Assembly: GCA_027460535.1 (NCBI GenBank)
Contig: JAPZAR010000010.1
Coordinates: forward strand, 150,001-182,000
Origin: Candidatus Methanoperedens sp.
Lineage (GTDB): Archaea > Halobacteriota > Methanosarcinia > Methanosarcinales > Methanoperedenaceae
DNA length: 32,000 bases
Direction of reading: 5' to 3'
Of this stretch, positions 25,183 to 32,000 are shown one piece after another; position 1 is the stretch's first letter; each line of letters begins with the position of its first letter. Both the position numbers and the translations under genes were made by a program. Under the pieces are notes generated by a model. It was not told the DNA's origin and ran no database searches. It saw only the letters and a list, made by a program, of their open reading frames with translations.

Positions 25183-26205
25183 ATGGAATCGCTGAATATC
25201 GGGATCATAACGTATCATCTGGATAAAGGCAATGGAATCGACTCTGCGGTGGTCAGGTTTGCAGAGGGGCTTTCAAAAAGGAATAATGTAACGCTGATAG
25301 CATCAAGGAACAATTTCGAAACAGACGTTCCCTTCTTACAAATAAACCAGGATAATTCAAAAATCCCCGGTGCCCACAAAATATTGAATAAAATGGATCT
25401 CGATGTTTTGTCGTCTCATTTTGTCCCTTCAAATTTCATTGCTTCCAGAACGAAATTTTTCCATGTGATGCATGATGCTGGATTGCCTGATTTTTATTTA
25501 ATGAATGGTCTGAGGGAAAGACTGTTTTGGCTAAAGAGTCACCTTTTGAATTCTCTCTCATTGAAAAGAGTAGATATAGTATTTTCAATTTCGGAATATT
25601 TGAAACGAGAACTCATTCGAAGATATAAGTATAAAGGAGAGGTGCATGTTCTCCCCTACGGGCTGAACGTTCCAGGACCGCAAAGAAAGATCGATGGTAA
25701 CTTTATCCTGTACGTGGGGAGGCATATGAGATATAAAAATATCCACACCCTCTTTAAAATATTCGATGCTTTTTCAAAGGATCACCCTGATGTCTATCTC
25801 TATACGATCGGGATACAGCCGGATCCAGATTATTATGAGGAACTCCTCTGCTTATCAAAAAATAAAAAAATAAAAATGATGGGCTATGTGGAAAACGTGT
25901 ATGATTATATTTATACCTGCAGAGCGTATGTAAATGCATCTCTCTGGGAAGGACAGGACCTCCCGGTGATCGAATCACAAATGCTGGGAAGGCCCGCAAT
26001 AACTTATAATAACTGCAGCCATCCGGAGACCAATTTTTCCGGATACCTGGCAAAAAATGAGAATCATTTCGCAGAACTCATCGCCAGTGCACTGGATACA
26101 AAAGTAGATCCGCGTCCTGTTATAGAGAAATTTTCTATGGATAGCATGGTCAATAATTTTGAAAAGCTCATTTCCAGGAAATTGAACGAAGGTGTTAAGG
26201 AATAA
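25183..26205 (+). CDS. family 4-like (GT-B) glycosyltransferase
   Basis: LNIGIITYHLDKGNGIDSAV N-terminus, then FILYVGRHMRYKN and ASLWEGQDLPVIESQMLGRPAI (a degenerate EX7E region). Start placed at the Met at 25183, just after the upstream stop; the ORF track starts at 25111. Confidence 0.75.
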   Translation: MESLNIGIITYHLDKGNGIDSAVVRFAEGLSKRNNVTLIASRNNFETDVPFLQINQDNSKIPGAHKILNKMDLDVLSSHFVPSNFIASRTKFFHVMHDAGLPDFYLMNGLRERLFWLKSHLLNSLSLKRVDIVFSISEYLKRELIRRYKYKGEVHVLPYGLNVPGPQRKIDGNFILYVGRHMRYKNIHTLFKIFDAFSKDHPDVYLYTIGIQPDPDYYEELLCLSKNKKIKMMGYVENVYDYIYTCRAYVNASLWEGQDLPVIESQMLGRPAITYNNCSHPETNFSGYLAKNENHFAELIASALDTKVDPRPVIEKFSMDSMVNNFEKLISRKLNEGVKE

Positions 26206-26240
26206 TAAAGTATCAAATTATAAAGCTAAAACCGCAGATA

Positions 26241-26477
26241 AAGGTCCAGAGTCACGGACCTCCCGCGCCTCTGGAGGACGTCAAATGTCACGTCAGTTGA
26301 CGCCGTGCACACGTATGCCAGCGTACGGCATACGTGGACGCGTCCTCATGGGCCGCAACCCTTGACTTATGGCTCCGCCATACATGGATATCGCTGCGCG
26401 ATACCCGCAAGGCATAGGTGTTGTGTGGGAGTCCGGAACCGTCAGGTTTCGATGCAGAACCCGCAGGGCATGATGAA
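26241..26477. other. GC-rich, hairpin-dense non-coding element (candidate structured RNA or inserted element)
   Basis: Visibly GC-richer than the flanking AT-rich sequence. Contains a 10-bp perfect stem (26310-26319/26327-26336, 7-nt loop), further 5-6-bp stems (26243-47/26256-60, 26259-63/26273-77, 26279-84/26297-302, 26389-94/26398-403, 26435-40/26445-50) and the palindrome GGACGCGTCC (26336-45). Flanked by the direct repeat CGCAGATA (26233-40 and 26478-85). ORFs on both strands look non-coding. Confidence 0.3.
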
Positions 26478-26540
26478 CGCAGATATATTGAAGTTTTGGA
26501 AGAGCCAATTTAGCTATGTTATTTCCCAAGGATACACAAA

Positions 26541-27314
26541 TTGACATTTACTACCAATATCTGGAACTACAGACATCTCATCAAAAAAATCGCTATAAGT
26601 GATTTCAAACTCAGGTACAAGAATTCAGTCCTGGGGTTTTTCTGGTCGCTGCTTGAGCCATTGCTGATGCTGCTCGTTCTCTACGTGGTCTTCACGAACT
26701 TCATGAGGGTCACGATAGAGCACTACCAGCTTTTCCTGCTGATGGGCATTATTTCCTGGAACATGCTAAGCAGAGGAACAACCATGAGCCTGAACAGCAT
26801 CCTGGGCAAGCCGAGCCTTGTGAAAAAGGTGTATTTCCCGCGAGAAGTGCTGGTGATCAGCTCAAGCATCACCGCGCTTTTGATGACTTTACTGGAATTC
26901 ATCGTGTTCGGGATATTCATGGCAGTTTTCGCAGTTATCCCGGGTACAACATTGATTTACTTCCCTGCCATTCTTTTTGTTGAATTCCTGCTCGTCCTGG
27001 GTCTATCCTTCGGCCTTGCCGCACTGAACGTATTTTATCGCGACATCCAATATATATGGGCGGTTATCCTGCAGGCAGGGTTCTTTGCGGCCCCGATCAT
27101 ATACCCCCTTTCCGTGATTCCTGAGAAATATGCATTGATCATCAAGCTGAATCCCATGACAAGCATTATCGATATGCTGAGGGGAAGTGTGATATATTCA
27201 ACATGGCCGGCTCCCGGGGATGCGATGTTCGTCGTAGCATCGGCTATTTTTATACTTGCCCTTGGCTATTTTATTTTCTTGAAGCTTGAATCCAGGTTCG
27301 CGGAGGAGCTATGA
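26541..27314 (+). CDS. wzm: ABC-2 type polysaccharide/glycan exporter permease (Wzm/TagG-like)
   Basis: FKLRYKNSVLGFFWSLLEPLLMLLV is the hallmark ABC-2 N-terminal motif. Six TM segments. TTG start as tracked. Confidence 0.85.
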   Translation: MTFTTNIWNYRHLIKKIAISDFKLRYKNSVLGFFWSLLEPLLMLLVLYVVFTNFMRVTIEHYQLFLLMGIISWNMLSRGTTMSLNSILGKPSLVKKVYFPREVLVISSSITALLMTLLEFIVFGIFMAVFAVIPGTTLIYFPAILFVEFLLVLGLSFGLAALNVFYRDIQYIWAVILQAGFFAAPIIYPLSVIPEKYALIIKLNPMTSIIDMLRGSVIYSTWPAPGDAMFVVASAIFILALGYFIFLKLESRFAEEL

Positions 27315-28543
27315 CGACTGAGGACGCGATAATCGTCTCCGAGCTCTCCAAGGTGTTCAGGCTCCCCCATGAAAAGAGAAATACCCTTTTTGAATCACTT
27401 ACCGGTATTCTCAAAGGCCGCAAAGGATACGAGGACTTCATAGCGCTGCGGAACATTAATTTCACGGTAAAGAAAGGTGAAGCCGTGGGCATCATAGGGG
27501 AGAACGGCAGCGGAAAGAGCACGCTCCTCAAGATCATCGCCAACATCCTTCGCCCGAGCAGCGGGTCAGTCGAAATTAACGGCAAGATCACCCCATTCCT
27601 TGAACTGGGCGTGGGATTCCAGCCCGACCTTACTGCAAAAGAAAATATATACATATACGGCGCGATCATGGGTTTATCCGACCGGGAGATCGATGCCAGG
27701 CTCGCAGAGATACTTGAGTTCTCAGAGCTCAAGCAATTCCAGGACGCAAAATTGAAGAACCTTTCCTCTGGCATGCAGGTCAGGCTCGCTTTCGCGACCG
27801 CGGTCCAGACCGATCCAGAGATACTGCTTATGGACGAGGTGCTGGCGGTTGGGGATATGGAGTTCCAGCAGAAGTGCATGGATGTTTTCCAGCAGTATAT
27901 TAAAGAGCGGAAAACCATCGTGTTCGTGTCGCATGACCTGAATTCCATAAGGAGATTCTGCGGCAGGGCTCTGCTTTTAAAACACGGTGAGCAAATAGCA
28001 TTTGGGGAGACAAATGAGATAATCGATAAATATGTATACAGTGTTGGAGACTTTGAAATCAAGAAAGCTGATGGAGTTGAACCCTGGAAAGAAGACTTAA
28101 CCGGACTGAAAGAAAAGATAGCAGAAATACGGGGCGCAAGATTCATAGATAAGAACGGCAAGCCGAGTAAAACATTTAAATCAGGAGATCCCCTGACAAT
28201 TGAGATCACATATTACTCCTATATTGAGCTGAAGGAACCTCTTGTGGGTATCGGGATATTTGATGAAAAGGGGAACCATTGTTACGGAACGAGCAGTTAT
28301 ACCAATCCATATACTATCAAGAAAAAAATTGGAGAGGTCAGGATATCCCTGCATTTAAAGCAGATCCCTTTTTTGAACGGGCGGTATTTCATACAGGTAG
28401 CACTTGCCGAAAAGGTACCTCACAAGATATACAAATATTTAGATTTCCATGATAAGACCTATACCTTCAACGTAATTAACGGGACAGAGGACATAGGCAC
28501 GTATTACATCAATTATGAGTGGGAAGAAGACGGAGGAAAATAG
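27311..28543 (+). CDS. wzt: ABC exporter ATPase with C-terminal glycan-binding-type extension (Wzt/TagH-like)
   Basis: Walker A GENGSGKST, signature LSSGMQVRL and Walker B ILLMDEVLAVGD. A C-terminal beta-rich domain of about 160 aa (IRGARFIDKNGKPSKTFKSGDPLTIEITY...) is positioned like the Wzt carbohydrate-binding domain. ATGA overlap with the permease gene. Confidence 0.85.
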   Translation: MTTEDAIIVSELSKVFRLPHEKRNTLFESLTGILKGRKGYEDFIALRNINFTVKKGEAVGIIGENGSGKSTLLKIIANILRPSSGSVEINGKITPFLELGVGFQPDLTAKENIYIYGAIMGLSDREIDARLAEILEFSELKQFQDAKLKNLSSGMQVRLAFATAVQTDPEILLMDEVLAVGDMEFQQKCMDVFQQYIKERKTIVFVSHDLNSIRRFCGRALLLKHGEQIAFGETNEIIDKYVYSVGDFEIKKADGVEPWKEDLTGLKEKIAEIRGARFIDKNGKPSKTFKSGDPLTIEITYYSYIELKEPLVGIGIFDEKGNHCYGTSSYTNPYTIKKKIGEVRISLHLKQIPFLNGRYFIQVALAEKVPHKIYKYLDFHDKTYTFNVINGTEDIGTYYINYEWEEDGGK

Positions 28544-30089
28544 TATTAAAATAGTGTTCATAAACCCGAATACCCGATATCTGGGCGGCCTCTTCACGGT
28601 ATATCCTCCCATGGGTTTGCTTTATATCTCATCGATCTTGTTGGAAAATAAATACAATGTTTCAATCATCGATGCTGATATCGATGACCTATCACTGGAA
28701 GACATCAAAGAAAAACTCAGAATCGAGCGGCCTCAAATCGTCGGGATAACGATGAACACGTTCCAGACAAAATCCACTTTTGAAACTGCAAAGGCTGTTA
28801 AAGATGTCAATCCAGAGATAATAGTTGTCGTGGGCGGCCCCCATCCAACGATAGTTGAAAAAGAGGTGCTTGAAGCCTGCGGATCGATTGACGTATCGGT
28901 TATGGGCGAAGGTGAATTCACGATGCTTGAACTGGCCAAGAGAATCGAAAATGGGGGAAATCTTGGCGAAGTAGACGGCATCTGTTATCGAGATGATGGC
29001 ATCATAAAAATGACAGCTCCGAGGAAATTCATAGAAGATCTGGATACGCTACCGCTACCTGCAATTGAGCTGGTCCAACCGATTGAACGATACCGAGGTC
29101 CTTTTCCTACGGGTGCCAGACCCTCAATACAGGTGATGGCTTCACGGGGGTGCCCTTTTAAATGCACCTTTTGCAGTAATCCTGTATGGGGAAAAAAGGT
29201 TAGATTTAGAAGCCCCGAATCAATATTGAGTGAAGTAGAACATCTATATAAAGATTTTGGTATTAAAGAGATCTTTTTTCAGGATGATACTTTCAATCTA
29301 AATGGAGAATGGTTCGAAAAAATATGCAATGGAATTATAGACAGAGGTTTGAATGATAAAATTATTTTTAAAACGCCTTTCAGAGTAAATAAAAACCATG
29401 TCGATGTGGATCTACTGAATTTAGCTAAAAAAGCAGGGTTCTGGATGATATTCTATGGAGTAGAAAGCGGGAACCAGAAAATACTGAACATCACACGGAA
29501 AGGCACAACTCTGGAAGAAATAGAAAGGGCATTCAAACTAACACGGAAGGCAGGAATAAAAACATACGGCTCATTTATGATAGGGAATATCGATGAAACC
29601 CCCGAAACCATTAAAGATGCTATTGAATTTGCAAAGAAAATTGATCCTGATTATTACGGTTTCGCAATTGCAACGCCATACCCTGGGAGCGAATTCTATG
29701 AGACCGCAAAAAGCCGCGGATACCTGCTGATAACGGATTTTACAAAATATGATTTTAGAAAATGTATTCTCAGAACAGAACATCTTAAGGAGACGGATGT
29801 GGAAAAATTTTATTCATTTGCACCATTAGCTGTTAAAAAATATAAGAGATCTCTTACACGCAAAATAAAAAGATTTATAGAATTATTTCCTGAAATTGGA
29901 TTAAAGAGAGCTGTATGGGAAATTCAAGATACTGGTATAGAAGATATTGATCATTTACCCGTCCATAAAGATGATGTAAATTTGGCTACAGTTACAAATA
30001 ATGTCAATGTGGGGGTTAATGACACAGGAGTCCTCGGGAAAGGCTGGCATCAGGCTGAATACCAACCGCAGCCCAACAATGAAATTTAA
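28515..30089 (+). CDS. B12-binding-domain radical SAM enzyme (class B), C-terminal tail apparently frameshifted
   Basis: IKIVFINPN...GLLYISSIL...VVVGGPHPT (cobalamin-binding Rossmann-like N-domain) followed by MASRGCPFKCTFCSNP (Cx3Cx2C). Confidence 0.85.
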   Translation: MSGKKTEENSIKIVFINPNTRYLGGLFTVYPPMGLLYISSILLENKYNVSIIDADIDDLSLEDIKEKLRIERPQIVGITMNTFQTKSTFETAKAVKDVNPEIIVVVGGPHPTIVEKEVLEACGSIDVSVMGEGEFTMLELAKRIENGGNLGEVDGICYRDDGIIKMTAPRKFIEDLDTLPLPAIELVQPIERYRGPFPTGARPSIQVMASRGCPFKCTFCSNPVWGKKVRFRSPESILSEVEHLYKDFGIKEIFFQDDTFNLNGEWFEKICNGIIDRGLNDKIIFKTPFRVNKNHVDVDLLNLAKKAGFWMIFYGVESGNQKILNITRKGTTLEEIERAFKLTRKAGIKTYGSFMIGNIDETPETIKDAIEFAKKIDPDYYGFAIATPYPGSEFYETAKSRGYLLITDFTKYDFRKCILRTEHLKETDVEKFYSFAPLAVKKYKRSLTRKIKRFIELFPEIGLKRAVWEIQDTGIEDIDHLPVHKDDVNLATVTNNVNVGVNDTGVLGKGWHQAEYQPQPNNEI

Positions 30090-30222
30090 ATTACCACGAT
30101 TATATGGAAATATTTCCGAGGTTACAATTAAAATTGACAAAACATGGGTTCCAAATGATACAATAAAAAATGGCGATACCCGTGAATTGGGTATAGCAAT
30201 ACAGAAGATATGGACAGAATAA
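30001..30222 (+). pseudogene. +1-frame continuation of the radical-SAM C-terminal domain (split by a 1-nt indel near 30080)
   Basis: The rSAM frame ends ...LGKGWHQAEYQPQPNNEI*. The +1 frame continues KFKLPRLYGNISEVTIKIDKTWVPNDTIKNGDTRELGIAIQKIWTE*. Removing one A from GAAATTT (about 30080) fuses them in frame. Confidence 0.4.
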
Positions 30223-30237
30223 TAAAAAATGCAATAA

Positions 30238-30247
30238 TTTATAAATA
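30238..30247 (+). promoter_or_regulatory. TATA-box-like element TTTATAAATA upstream of gmd
   Basis: AT-rich archaeal TATA-like sequence 37-46 nt upstream of the gmd ATG (30284). A second candidate, AATATAAAAA, lies at 30261-70. No experimental support. Confidence 0.3.
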
Positions 30248-30280
30248 GAAAGCTGTTTACAATATAAAAAAAGGACATGA

Positions 30281-31249
<969 letters not shown>

Positions 31250-31258
31250 ACCGCAAAA

Positions 31259-32000
31259 ATGGATACTATTGAGATAAAGGACGGCGACATTGACGTCGAG
31301 GATATCATGCGCCAGATAAGGGAGAATATTAAAAAAAGAAAAGAAAGCGGCGCATATACAAAAGAACTGGAAGCGATGATCAACGAACCTCTGCAACCAC
31401 CTCTCGCAGGCGCCAGGTGTCGCGATCTCAAGTCTGATCTCAATTATGTCGACTCCAACTGGGATATAAATGCTGAATATGTTATAAGTTCCCACCGAAA
31501 GATCATTGGCAAACCCCTTGTCTGGGGAAGGCGGTTGATAAATTCCGAAATGAGAAGATATGTGGATTTGATCAATGGGAAACAGATAGAATTCAATGCT
31601 CATGTTGCCGGGGCGCTCAAAGGTCTTGATAATAAGATAAACGAAGCTGTGGCTGATATCAGGAAAGGGACTGATAGTAAGATCAATGAGGCTATGGCTG
31701 CCCTCAGTAAAGACATTGACCTAACACAATTGCCCGGCGCGCCGACTGACGACGTGATGAACTACTTCCTGTTCGAGGAAAAATTCCGCGGCAGCACCGA
31801 GGATATCAGGAAGCGTCAATCGGTCTATCTCGAATATTTCAAAAACTGCAAGAACGTCCTTGATATAGGATGCGGGAGGGGTGAGTTCCTGTCGTTGCTG
31901 AAAGAGAACGGCATAGGCGCCAGGGGTATCGATATGAATGAAGATATGGTGCTGTACTGCCAGAAGAATGGTCTTGAAGTAAGTCAAAATAATGCCCTGA
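31259..32000 (+). CDS. class I SAM-dependent methyltransferase with long N-terminal helical region (3' end beyond the window)
   Basis: Absent from the ORF track (no stop reached). ATG 31259 opens a stop-free frame to the window end. FLFEEKFRGSTEDIRKRQSVYLEYFKNCKNVLDIGCGRGEFLSLLKENGIGARGIDMNEDMV contains the VLDIGCGxG SAM motif I. Confidence 0.8.
   Translation, partial: MDTIEIKDGDIDVEDIMRQIRENIKKRKESGAYTKELEAMINEPLQPPLAGARCRDLKSDLNYVDSNWDINAEYVISSHRKIIGKPLVWGRRLINSEMRRYVDLINGKQIEFNAHVAGALKGLDNKINEAVADIRKGTDSKINEAMAALSKDIDLTQLPGAPTDDVMNYFLFEEKFRGSTEDIRKRQSVYLEYFKNCKNVLDIGCGRGEFLSLLKENGIGARGIDMNEDMVLYCQKNGLEVSQNNAL

Noticed and set aside
26306-26340. Group II intron 5' end (GTGCAC) and domain-V-like hairpin (ACGTATGCC...GGCATACGT)
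   Set aside because: The element is far too short (about 240 nt) for a group II intron. The hairpin lacks the D5 bulge and GNRA loop, and no reverse transcriptase ORF is present.
26470-26476. C-box-like ATGATGA suggesting a C/D-box sRNA
   Set aside because: No CTGA D box, or C'/D' boxes, at the expected spacing of about 12 and about 55 nt downstream. No terminal stem. The opposite strand also lacks the motifs.
26293-26547. 84-aa (minus) and 79-aa (plus, 26305-26544) ORFs inside the GC-rich element
   Set aside because: Mutually overlapping on opposite strands, Arg/His/Cys/Pro-rich, with no SD or motif. The region is better explained as structured non-coding sequence.
27271-28209. 312-aa minus-strand ORF antisense to the Wzt ATPase gene
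   Set aside because: Ser/Pro/Leu-rich low-complexity translation, fully embedded antisense to a CDS with unambiguous Walker A/B and signature motifs. This is a shadow ORF.

Overview
Archaeal chromosomal segment, most consistent by inference with a Methanosarcinales-type methanogen or ANME. The markers are an McrC-family gene, a tandem-DUF1608 S-layer-type protein, DUF2180-like and DUF373-like archaeal families, and a hexahaem c-type cytochrome. There are three blocks. (i) 1-7.0 kb, all minus strand: a redox cluster of DUF302, a rubrerythrin-like protein, an AhpD-like protein, a bacterioferritin-like protein, McrC, two Cys-rich mini-proteins, a 2-oxoacid:ferredoxin oxidoreductase (gamma-delta fusion, alpha, beta), a glutaredoxin-like protein, and a ferredoxin:thioredoxin-reductase-like catalytic domain fused to rubredoxin. 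From the bacterioferritin-like gene onward the genes are joined mostly by 4-nt start/stop overlaps, and a 19-bp perfect Fur-box-like palindrome precedes them. (ii) 7.1-18.2 kb, envelope and membrane genes: an RNase-H-fold protein, a DUF373 membrane protein, a 1536-aa S-layer/surface protein, a voltage-sensor-domain::CorA chimera, small membrane proteins, a DedA/YqaA-like protein and a hexahaem cytochrome c. (iii) 18.4-32 kb, a glycan-biosynthesis island: GT2, three GT4s, a GT-C-like membrane protein, a decayed AglB oligosaccharyltransferase relic, a Wzm/Wzt ABC exporter, a B12-radical-SAM enzyme with a frameshifted tail, GDP-mannose 4,6-dehydratase, and a methyltransferase running off the right edge. 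I found no rRNA, tRNA, CRISPR array, transposase or integrase. The best candidates for something undescribed are the McrC-OFOR-disulfide-reductase operon, the VSD::CorA fusion, and a 237-bp GC-rich hairpin-dense intergenic element at 26.24-26.48 kb. All family assignments rest on motif recognition by eye, not on searches.
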